A DNA stretch of 64,000 bases, taken from contig NC_068984.1 of assembly GCF_001194135.2 (NCBI RefSeq), positions 25,442,355-25,506,354 of the forward strand. Reading direction: 5' to 3'. Origin of the DNA: Octopus bimaculoides. Its lineage: Eukaryota. The translations under genes and the position numbers were made by a program. The notes below the pieces were generated by a model. It worked only from the letters and a program-made list of their open reading frames with translations, was not told the origin of the DNA and made no database searches. This document shows positions 12,302 through 23,115 of the stretch, one piece after another (the stretch's first letter is position 1; the number at the start of each line of letters is the position of its first letter).

Positions 12302-12594
12302 TTAAAACAGGAAGTTTGTATTATAGATCAGAGACAGTACTGGCTGGGTTAAATAGTAGGGACAATGACACAGTCACATAAAACAAAAGGAGAAATACAA
12401 TGGTTAAAAACAATAATGAAAACCTTAAAAGCTAACAAAGTAGATCACTTTTACTGGCATTATGAAGAAAGTAGACGACTGGCTGTATTAACTTACTTTT
12501 ATTGCTAATATGAAGGAAAATATGGACCAACCACGCAAACTTTCACTGCTTGTCACCCAAATAAGAATATCTCTGTTTGTCTTATACTGAAATG

Positions 12595-12784
12595 CAGTTA
12601 TCTCAGAGCACAACCTTGAAGGGTTCTTTTTTAATTGCACAAATCAATTGGCAGTACTTATTCTTTAAGTCTGGGACTTGTTCTATTAGTCTCTTAGGCT
12701 GAACCACTTATTCACGGGGATGTAAGAAAACCAACACCAATAGTCAAGCAGTGGCAAGGACACACAGACACATGCACAAGCGCA

Positions 12785-12821
<37 letters not shown>

Positions 12822-12960
12822 GAGCTTTCACATAGTTTCTGCCTACCAGACTCACTCACAAGGCATTCATTGGCCAACCCAAAATGTCACACAATGGGAC
12901 TGAACACAAAAGTATCTGGTTACAAAGTGAGCTTCTTAACCACACAGCCATGTCTGCACC
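12595..12960 (-). mobile_element. SINE family A (older)
   Basis: Reverse copy with (CA)n and head end cttaaccacacagccatgtctgcacc. Confidence 0.72.
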
Positions 12961-13305
12961 ATATATGGAAAGGGTAAAACAAAAAAAAAGTAAAAAAGAA
13001 AACATTTTTGGCTACACGTGTATATTATGTCAGAAACTGAGGATAATGTAATAAAACAAATAACCTGTATCAAACAAAATTACAAACTGGAAATGGTGGA
13101 TTCTGAAAAAGTACTGATTAGAAAACATGATTAAGCAAATATTGAGACAGAAAGAAGCTTCTGGATAATTCCAAGATTGATTATAGTCATCCTACCTTTA
13201 ATTATACAAATTGATGCAAGGTTTTATTAAATGCAAGAAATAAGAATTTTTCTTTAAAAAAAATACTGTCTGGGTATGATGCTTAAACCAAATCATGAAG
13301 TTTAA

Positions 13306-13693
13306 CCCTAGCATTTGAAGTGGTCATATCCAGCCAAAATATTCTCCCTGGACAGATATGGCTTCTCACATCTACCTTACAGTGTTATTCTAAAAATAGA
13401 CAGTCACATCATCAAAATCTCAAAGCTATGAGATAATTAATGATTAATTAAAAACAGTGTGAATAAATAAGCATTACAAGGGGGTGCTGAAAATTTCCTG
13501 GTTTTGGGCAAAAGAAAGTACAGGAGGATCAGTTAATTATGACTTTATTCAACATATCCTCCTCTCAGATTCACACACTTATCGCAGCAGTCCTTCAGTT
13601 GGGCCTCCAACCAAACCTTCTGCAATACTCTTAAAGCTAGAAACTTTCCAGCACTCCTTCATACATTTAACAAAGTAATCTGAATGCTAAAGG
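13306..13693 (+). mobile_element. piggyBac-type MITE family M with a mariner MITE insertion
   Basis: TTAA at 13302-13305 and 13694-13697; M sequence split at gcatTA|...|TAcattt. Confidence 0.8.
13477..13661. mobile_element. Tc1/mariner-type MITE
   Basis: TA duplication at 13475-13476 and 13662-13663; imperfect TIRs caagggggtgctgaaaatttcc / aaactttccagcactccttca. Confidence 0.75.
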
Positions 13694-13789
13694 GTTAAAA
13701 GAATTTTGAGAGTAGTTTTAACAACCAGTGGACAATTCCTTAATTCTTGAAATCATCTTTAAATACCAATAACAAAATTAACTTAGATC

Positions 13790-14185
13790 TTCATCTTTTT
13801 ACTTGTCTCAGTCATTGGACTGTGCCATGCTGAGGCACTGTCTTGGAAGGTTTAGACAAACAAATTGACGCCCCAGGACTTTTTTTTTTTTTTTTTTTTG
13901 TGTCTGCTACTTATTCTAACGACCAAGTTATGGAGACATAAACTAACAAGCATCAGTTGTCAAGCAGTGGCAGAAGTGTCAAACACATGGATGCACACGC
14001 AGAGGTGTCAAACACACACACTATAGGCTTCCACGTAATTTCCATCAGCCAAATTTATACACAAGGTATTGGTCAGCTCAGGACAGACACTTTTTTGCTC
14101 CACATATCATGCTGTGGGACTGAACCCAAAACTACATGGTTGCAAAGTGAGGTGCTCAACCACATGGCCATGCCTGCACCTGTGA
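13790..14185 (-). mobile_element. SINE family A (older)
   Basis: Reverse copy; tail tttacttgtctcagtcattggactg through head ccacatggccatgcctgcacc. Confidence 0.75.
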
Positions 14186-14289
14186 TATAAAATTTGTTCT
14201 TTTTTTTTCTACTTTTTTATTCATCTTCTAAAACAATATAGAAACAATCAACACAACCAGCAGACAAGAATGTTACAACACAATAGGAT

Positions 14290-14770
14290 ATGGTACATCT
14301 GAGATAAGAGTAAGTATGAAGAAGAGCAACCATGTTTTTTGGTTATGTATGGTACACTCAAGTATATGGAGCCGAAACATGGACATTAACAAAAATATTA
14401 TCAAATAGACTGATTACATATCTTTGAGATGTGAGCATATAGAAGACTTTTGGGAGTATCGTGGATAAAACATAAAATCAATGATGAAGTAGTAAAAATG
14501 GCAGAAAGTAAGAAATTTTTATTAGACACCATCAAAGAGAATGATCTAAAATCTAAAACAGCAGCAAAAATGGTTTACAGAGACTGTGAATAGAAGTCAA
14601 AAATGATTGAAAGGAAGAGAGAAAGAGATAAACTAAGAATTAGACAGATGGATAACATCAAGAATTGGACAAACATAAAATACAGTAAATGTAAAAGAAC
14701 AGCACAAGAAAACTCAAAGTAGCAATTTACAGTATTCAATCTGCTGAGAACAGACAATACCAGATGATGA
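14290..14770 (+). pseudogene. RTE-clade LINE ORF2 C-terminal remnant (YGAETW lineage)
   Basis: Broken frames give YVWYTQVYGAETWTLTK, FEM*AYRRLLGVSWIKHKINDEV and MDNIKNWTNIKYSKCKRTAQ, typical of the post-RT region of RTE elements; ends in gatgatga. Confidence 0.85.
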
Positions 14771-16089
14771 ACCATTTTGGGAAAGCCATGTCTTAAGTAG
14801 TTAAGATACTTTAGTAACCAATATATTTGGATAAGGTAATAATGGTAATATGACAAATCTAAATGATTTATATTGTCACCATGGAAATTTATGGAGATGC
14901 TTCTATGTGGTAATTTGATCTGCTATAAAAAGCAACTAAGTAACCCCTTAAAATACACCCCATTATCTTTTTAAAGGATACAGGCACATTGGATAATCAA
15001 GTCTAGGGAAAAAAAACAGAATGGTGATGGCTGGAAAGCCTTTGATTATGGGTCTACTCAATCAAGATTGACTTAGGGCTAAACTAGAAAAATAAGTAGA
15101 GAAGTTAATAGACAAGATGAAAATTTAAATTAAAAAAAACAAAAACAACCAAGAATCTGTATGCTCAAAATAATGGTTAATCCAATATAGATAATCTGTA
15201 AAAAGAAACATAAATGAAGAAATCTTTCGAAATTATAATTAACATTAGCCAAGAGAAAAAACAAAAACAAAAAAACTTACAACATCAAGTATAACAGGCA
15301 GACTGAATTCTTGTGATCTCAATCTTACAACGAACAGTCATATGTAGCACTATTTCCACTGGTAGTAACTGAAATAGTTTGTGGCCAGTATCTAGACCGA
15401 AGAGGTTATAAATTTTATGTATAAACTACTGTTAACTATAAATAGATACAGCAAAGACAAAACTCTATTATATTTCAACATAGGAAATATACGAATGACT
15501 TTTTAAACTGTATTCCTTTCATGTGCATCCATCTGTACACACACACTCGCAATTATTTTCTACCTCTGAGCAATATAAGGAACCAGTTCAAATGTATATT
15601 TTTAGCCTTCTCAATTTTCCATTAATTTTCCAAAGCAAATTTTAAACTGTATTCATCATACAGAATTATTTTTATTCTTTTATTAAAAAGTATCTAAAAT
15701 ATTTCACATAATACTAAAGCAACTATTTTATGTGTCAAATTTTCAGTTGCTGTAATTAAGGAAAACATAAGAGAATCTGAAAATTTTTATCAATATGTTA
15801 CTAAGATTATATAACTGTGCTAATCTCTTTTGCTCACCATAGGAATTAATTTTAATGACCTTAAACATAATCAAAATTATAAATGTTCACCATTATCTGT
15901 CTATATTATACTGTTACAGTCTTTCTGTGCAATGTTATAACTACAGAATAAAATTGAGGACATAATCTTTTACACACATTTAAATTTATTCACAGACTGA
16001 TAAACTATGGATGAAAATCAAAGCATAATGTTTTATAGATATAACATATTTATATTATCCATATTATCCATAAGGCAACTTTGTGTGTG

Positions 16090-16425
16090 TGTTCTTTTAC
16101 TGGTTTCAATCATTGGTCAATCTGGTCATGTTATGGCACTGCCTTCAAGGGTTTAGTTGGTCATATTGATCCTAGTACTTAAGTCTGGTATCTATTCATC
16201 AAACCACTAAGCTATGAACAATACCAGTTTTAATAAATGTGAATGCACACATACACACACTAGACAGGCTTCTGCAGAGTTTCCATCCACTAAATTTCAC
16301 TCACAAGGCATTGGTCAACTCAAGATTACAGAAGACGAGACATACCTGAAGTGCTACACAATGGGACAGAATCCAAATTGCTTATAAAGTGAACCTCTTG
16401 ACCACACAGTTGCATTTGTGCCTTT
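16090..16425 (-). mobile_element. SINE family A (old)
   Basis: Degraded reverse copy (ttcttttactggtttcaatcattgg ... ctcacaaggcattggtc). Confidence 0.65.
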
Positions 16426-16454
16426 ATTACAAACATGTTTTGTGGGGGTTTTTC

Positions 16455-16670
16455 TTACTTTCAGCGTTCATTACTCTGTCAAATGTATTGCTTTTTATTC
16501 ACATTGTTTTGAATTAATCATGCATTTTCTCATAGCTTTGAGATGATCATGTGATTGTTTATTTTTAGAAAGACATTTTGGAATAGTTGTGTGAGGCTGG
16601 ATCTGGCCAGTTTGAACATAAAACAAGTAGAATATTTTGGCCAGATGTGGCCAATTTAAATGCTAATGGG
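16455..16670 (-). mobile_element. piggyBac-type MITE family M
   Basis: Reverse copy ending aaatgctaatggg|TTAA; left end degraded. Confidence 0.8.
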
Positions 16671-18226
16671 TTAATAAAATCCATAGCCCAGTGAAGCAGT
16701 TACTGTACTTCGTTCATTACGACTGTGGATTCAAATCCAGTCATGTGCATTCTTATCTGATATAAAAATAAGGATATCACACAGACCATTAAGATTTATT
16801 AGAACTTTACCAACATGCAAGTTAGTATAACAGAGGAATAATATTATAATGTATGTTTTTGATTTCTTTCCATAGCTCAGATTGTTTACTTATTGATGTA
16901 GAGATAAAACTATCAGATAACAACTCTCAGGGTAGAAGAAGAGGTGACAAGTGTATCAAAAGAAAACTGTTTTCAAAGATGTTCTCCCCAAAGACTTCAT
17001 CATCAGTACTACGTATGTGGGCTTTAACCAGAATCAGGCACTCCAGGAAAAAGAAATAATAAATTTCCATAGAAATTACATTTCATGGTTTTCTATAAAC
17101 TTCCAACAATTGATAACTAAAGTATCATTCAAGTATTACAGTCATTATCACCAACTATTCCCCTTCACCAACTTTCAAGTCTTGTGTCTGTGTTAGAAGC
17201 AATTATTGTTAATATACATTTTTTTTTATTAATAGTTTATCAATTATTTATAATTGTAGACAGACAACTAATAAGACAGAGCTACACAGCATAAAGCAGT
17301 GATTGTCAGCCATGGTATACATAGCAGTGATTGTTGATATCTAAATAGACAAAAAAAATCTAAATTATAGAAGACAAATTTATAGTAGGCAGGCATGTGT
17401 GATTATATGTGTGTGTGTGTGCACACATACATGTACTTATGTGTGTCCTTTGCCATTTGAAATCAGCAAAAAATATACACACCAGTGTTTTAAGGATAAT
17501 GTCCTTTGTGACACTTGTTTTGCACCAAGTTACAGATACACCCTTGTCACTATCACTGAAAGGAGTGTAGTGAACTGGTGGTTGTCTCCCTTCAGAACCT
17601 CTAACTAACAATGAAACCACCATTCACAAGTTGCAACTTCACTTTCATTCTTTTGCAGTCAATAAAATAAAGGGCCAGTTAAGTAGTAGGTTCACTTAAA
17701 TTGATTAATTTCTCCCATAAAAATGACTCAATTTGTGCCTAAATTAGAAATTATTATTATTATCATTAGTAAAGCAGTAACATTTCTGCAATACAATAAA
17801 GATTCATCCTTAGATGCTTTATGATATTTAGCTAAAGATGTCCCACTTGTGAGTTCAAAACAACTAAAATCTACCTTACGTTTCATTCTTCCACAATCAA
17901 TACCCAACAGCAAAACAGACTGAATAAATCAATTATATAACCTTTCTTTGAAAAAAAATCCTTTTATACCTACTTTTTAAAATATCGTGTTACAGCATTA
18001 ACCATATTGCCAACATTGATGCAACAATCACCACCACCACCACCACCAACAGAACAGAAGTGGAAGAGTTTAAAGATAATTTCTTTGTAATACACTAGGG
18101 TCAGTTCAAACAACTATACTTCTCTCAAGCAAAGATTGACCTTGAGCTTCCTAATGAAATTATTAACATTATAATTGCATAATTCTACTAGATTTATTTT
18201 ATAACAGAAGTTAATTGATACATTAA

Positions 18227-18442
18227 CCCTTTTGTTACCATATTTCTGCTGAAATATATTGATTTTGCTTTAATTAATTTTCAAAATAATGAAGGACTTA
18301 GTAAAATAACAGTCATCATTAATCTGATGTTGGAACATAAATTAAAATGAAACATTGATGGAAGGCTTTAATACAGATCACTATAAAATAAGTTCCTATC
18401 ATGAATACCAGGAGCAATCTCAAGCAGATGATATTAAAAGGG
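18227..18442 (+). mobile_element. piggyBac-type MITE family N
   Basis: TTAA|cccttttgttacc ... attaaaaggg|TTAA; the right TTAA is shared with the next MITE. Confidence 0.8.
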
Positions 18443-18446
18443 TTAA

Positions 18447-18796
18447 CCTTTTAGCATTCACATTATTCTGTCAAAACTAATGACTATCTATTCACATTCA
18501 TCATCATTGTTTAAAGTCTACCTTACATTTCATTCTTCCACAATCAATACTCAACAGCAACACAAATTGAATAAATCAATTATACAATCCTTCCTTTAAA
18601 AAATTCCTTTATACCTACTTTTAAAAATATCATTGAATTAATCATGCATTATTTTGTAGCTTTGAGATTTTGGTGATGTGATTGTTTATTTTTAGAATAA
18701 TCTGGGAGGGTAAGTGGGAGAGGCTGGATCTGGCCAGTTTGAACATAAAACAGATAAAATATTCTGGCCAAATAAGGTCATTTAAATGCTAAAGGG
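18447..18796 (-). mobile_element. piggyBac-type MITE family M carrying a captured ~135-bp insert
   Basis: M sequence on both sides of 18499-18631; TTAA at 18443-18446 and 18797-18800. Confidence 0.82.
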
Positions 18797-18854
18797 TTAA
18801 AAATATAAGCTGAGTTTTCATAGTCAGTTTTAAGGATTACAGTTAATTTTTGCT

Positions 18855-19172
18855 ATCATCATCATTTAAAGTCCTATTTTCCATACATGCAGGAGTCAGA
18901 TAGAATTTGTTGAAACAGATTTTCTACAGCCAGATGCTCTTCCTGTCACCAAATTACCTATTTCCAAGCAAGGTAATATTTCCACAGAGGTAGATTTTGT
19001 TTTTTGTGGAAGACTGGAATAAAACATCATTTGTACGATAGTGATACTTGTTTACAGTCATCACATGATGTCAAGACACGGGTACACACACACACACACA
19101 CACACACACGATTCTTTCAGTTTTTCATCTACCGAATGCACACAAATGGCTCTGGTCAGCCTGGGGCTAAAC
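18855..19172 (-). mobile_element. SINE family C
   Basis: Reverse RTE-like tail catcatcatttaaagtcc..., body ttcctgtcacc...aaggtaatatttcc, (CA)n, then head. Confidence 0.72.
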
Positions 19173-20691
19173 AGAATTGAAATGAACAGCAGGCCATAAT
19201 ACCAGGCATTTTATGTTGTCTAAATACTGTTCTCCTATTTCTGACCTTGCAAATATTGCAAGGTCAGATTTTATTGATCTGTGGGCTTTGATTATGCCTT
19301 TTTTTTTTCCTTCTTTAATTTAAAAAATAAAAACAGGCTTTCTATTTATTCAAAATACCACCATTAATATTATTATTACACATGCAAAAGTCAGTTTTCT
19401 ATTAAATAAATTCAAATCTTAAGGGACTCCAAAGGGAAAATAAATGGATATAAAAAGTATAGCATTGAACAGACCTTAAAATAAGATATTCAACCATATA
19501 ACATGCCATGCTCTATATCTGAAAGAACAGGCATTCAACATGCAACACATTTTTTGAAACAAGTGTAAAAAGAAAAAAGAAAAAAATTAAAGCAGCAGCT
19601 ACTGCATGAACAGAAGTTAGTGATAGAGTAAAGTAAGACTCTATTTTAACTCTAAATCAAGGAAAGATAACCAAATTGTGACAAACAAGTACTATGAGTA
19701 GGTGTGGGGCAGTCTCAAAAGACCAGCCATGTCAACATATATTAAAATATAAGATTTATTTCATAATAGATGTAAAATATATATGATGTGTCTCTTTTTA
19801 TAGAGAAGTAAAGTAAGGGAAATAATAAAAATATTAAAGCTAAGAATGATAATCATGAATGTGACAACAGAAAATTAAAGAGATATTGAAAAGGAGAGAG
19901 AGAAGGAGAGAGAGAGTGTATTTCATTATGTATGCACACGCGTGTGAACTCATATGCTTGCATACGGATGTGTGTGTGTGTGTGAGAGAGAGAGGGGGGG
20001 ATAGACAGAGCTTTGAACAGGCTAAGATTTGATCTATTGGGCTTATGGACTACAGTGATACAGATAACACCAAATTTTGTTCTTCTTAACATTAACAATC
20101 TCTAAATCATAAACACAATAATTAAGATACAGAAAAATATTTTCCACTTTTTTTAAAAGCTGTATCAATTGCAATAATAACCGTGTTTCATGTGTGAACA
20201 TGTGTGTACATATAGATAATATTACATTAGTAAACAGATATCTAGAGCTCCTGTAACACTTCATTATCAAGCTTGCTGGACTTGGTCTAGTCATTACTAA
20301 ACTCATGCAACTAAGCTGTTGCGTGCTGCACACTTCACTCCTGTTTTGTTTGGCATATCAATGTACAAAAAAAGAATTCAGAAAAGCCAAAAAAATATTT
20401 TAAAAATAATTAAAAATTGAAGTCGCCTTTTATCTTCTAATCAAACTACATTTTTTTTTTAACCTTGGCTAATTCCTACAATTCTTAAATCAAAACAATA
20501 CTTCTCTCCACAAACTAGTAATGATTTTAAATTAAACATGCTCACCTAAATATATGCTTACTAAAAAGAAATTGAGCCTGTTTTTTTAGTAATCTTCTGA
20601 TATATACATTAACCACTAAGATATAATTCAGCTAATGTAATTAATTGTAAATGTTGAACATTCGTGAACAATTTGAGATGATGATGATGAT

Positions 20692-21172
20692 GATAATAAT
20701 AATAATAATAAATGCCCTGATGCAGTACCGGGCAATGGCTCTCATGGTTTCTTCTCTTAACTGACTGGAAGTGTTATCATGTACATTGTTTTCTCTTGGT
20801 ATAAAAGATGGGCTACAGCAAATATTCTACTCAGTACCACAGATTTACTTGTCAGTTGCTTGACCTTAACCAGTTGAGCATGTCCCTTAGTGGCTGACGA
20901 TATGTGCATCTCTGATCACGAGTAGAAGTAGTGGGGGAGCATCATAGCCATGTGTTGAGAGGAATTCTTTGGGACTTGGATAATTTATCTTTGGAAACAT
21001 GGGTGTTTTGTTCATCATCCTTAAACAAACCTTATTCAGGGACCATTTGAGCAGGATGGGCTACTCGACCTGAAGAAAATTCTAGCTGGGCCTCACCTGC
21101 AAGGTCATGTACTGTTTATCTTGATATGAGATCCCATGTCACGCACATATGGTTGTGATGCATGTGCCTGGC
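20692..21172 (-). mobile_element. Probable retroposon 3' region of uncertain class, with (ATT)n tail
   Basis: GC-richer ~480-bp block abutting a (AAT)n/(GAT)n run; recalled as a common octopus repeat; single copy in this window. Confidence 0.5.
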
Positions 21173-21184
21173 ATGCACACACAC

Positions 21185-21310
21185 AATGAGCTTTCATCTA
21201 CCAAATCTGCTCGCAAGGCTTTGGTTAGCCCCGTTTTATAATATAAGACACTTGCCCAATGTGCCATGCAGTAGAACTGAACCCGAAACCATGTAGTTGG
21301 GAAGCAAACT
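21185..21310 (-). mobile_element. SINE head fragment (family A/C)
   Basis: ctaccaaatctgctcgcaaggctttggtt...gacacttgcccaatgtgccatgcagtagaactgaaccc. Confidence 0.7.
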
Positions 21311-22745
21311 ATATGACAATTACAACAGGGCCTAAGCAGTGTGATGTGAATTGGGTTCTAGGAACTGTGAGGCTGAGAGGAGGAGCCTAACTGCTATAAG
21401 TCCACCCCATCCCAGTGAAGAAGTGTGCTCCCCGCTACCTAATTTCCATGACTGGGCCTAACACAGAGGCTACCCTGGGAGTTGAGCCACACATCTCGTC
21501 AAGCAGCTATGCTTAGGCCAATGCTTTTTTTTACATAATTTATACTGAAAACCTAAACTATATATGTTATATACATAAAATACATGTACACACCACAGGC
21601 ATAACTACAGACAACATACACATGCATGGAAGCACATAAAACACACACAATGTAATCCTCTATGCTGAAATAGTAACTAAAACTTGGATTATGACACTGA
21701 AACGGTAATGAGTGAAACTTGATATCCTAAATAAGAGCTAATCTGTGAAAAAAAAAATATGAGAGACAGTAGAGCATGCTAGGTTGTATTTGTCTGACTA
21801 TTGAATGAATGAAAACAAAAAATACATTGTGGCTTCTCTAGTAGTTTTCTTAAGGGACAATATTCTACAAAAGCAAAGGCATTGCATTAAAAAAAATTGC
21901 TTAAAAACAAGAGCTGTCAGCACTTGTGTGAAATTCCTTTCATTTGAAAAAAAAAAAAAAACGCCCAGAGGTTTGGAAATAGTATTTAAGCCTGACCAAA
22001 GTAAGACTTAAATGATTTTTCTGTGTATTTCTGAGGACAGGCATAATTTACACAGAAGAGAAGAAATGAAAAGAGAAGACTTGGAAGAAATATCAACAGG
22101 GTTTCAACAGCTGGCAGTGAAAAATAAATGTGGGGGAAAACATGCACAAAAAGACAAACAAATAAAAACACTCAAGGAATTTTCTTTTGTGTTTTTCAAA
22201 CATTTACAGTATAAATATTTCTTGTGTTGTTACCCAAACCTGAGAAAATATCATTTTAAAGAAAATATTACTTTAAAGACAAGGAAAAAAAACTGTTTAG
22301 AAATAATGTGTAGAAAGAATGCAACACAAGGAGACTATTTTGTATCTATGAAGCAAACATTACATCAAGTAGAATGTGACTTTTGGTATAATCAGAGAAA
22401 GTTAGTAATGGCTTCAGTTCACAAAAATTAGCACTAAACAAATTAGAATTCACACTCATACTTTAAATTAGAAATAACAGTAATGCTAAAATAAGGAAGA
22501 TATTTTTAAAAACATTAATAAGAAGAAAACTATATTTATTCACTTTTTTTTTTTTCATTCTATGTCTTTTTTTATGTTGATATGGGTTAAATGAAGATCT
22601 ATTTGAGCCAGGTTTTTATGACCAGATGCCCTTCCTATTGCTAACTCTTACCTGTTTTTCCAAATAAGAGATATTTTTTATTCCATTTGTCATTGAAAGT
22701 GCAGAGTGACAATATAGGTTTGTCAACAAGAAATGTAAACATTTA

Positions 22746-23115
22746 GGCACAGGAGTGGCTGTGTGGTAAGTAGCTTGCTTACCAACCACATGGTTCCGGG
22801 TTCAGTCCCACTGCGTGGAACCTTGGACAAGTGTCTTCTACTATAGCCTCGGGCCAACCAAAGCCTTGTGAGTGGATTTGGTAGACGGAAACTGAAAGAA
22901 GCCCGTCGTATATAAGTATATGTATATATATATGTGTGTGTGTTTGTGTTTGTCCCCCCAACATCACTTGACAACTGATGCTGGTGTGTTTACGTCCCCG
23001 TAACTTAGTGGTTCGGCAAAAGAGACTGATAGAATAAGTACTAGGCTTACAAAGAATAAGACCTGGGGTCGATTTGCTCGACTAAAGGCAGTGCTCCAGC
23101 ATGGCAGCAGTGATG
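22746..23115 (+). mobile_element. Young SINE family A
   Basis: ggcacaggagtggctgtgtggtaagtagcttgcttaccaaccacatggttccgggttcagtccc; CpG-rich; 3' tail truncated. Confidence 0.92.

Larger units (their letters stand above)
11717..12348 (+). mobile_element. piggyBac-type MITE family N, host of two nested family M copies
   Basis: TTAA|cccttttgttaccatatttc ... gctggg|TTAA; same family as the uninterrupted 18227-18442 copy. Confidence 0.8.

Noticed and set aside
17000-17062. Minus-strand ECLILV resembling the downstream exon (ECIVLEPSEM)
   Set aside because: No FGKR start, no EPSEM, and no proper acceptor
22228-22250. tattttctcag|G TTT GGG as the start of the FGKR exon
   Set aside because: The next codon is TAA
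22012-22431. 139-aa plus-strand ORF
   Set aside because: A-rich low-complexity composition, no recognisable domain, no convincing splice context
22746-22830. SINE heads as tRNA genes (also at 6396, 36520-36604 and 39940-40024)
   Set aside because: A/B boxes only, no complete cloverleaf, and they continue into SINE bodies
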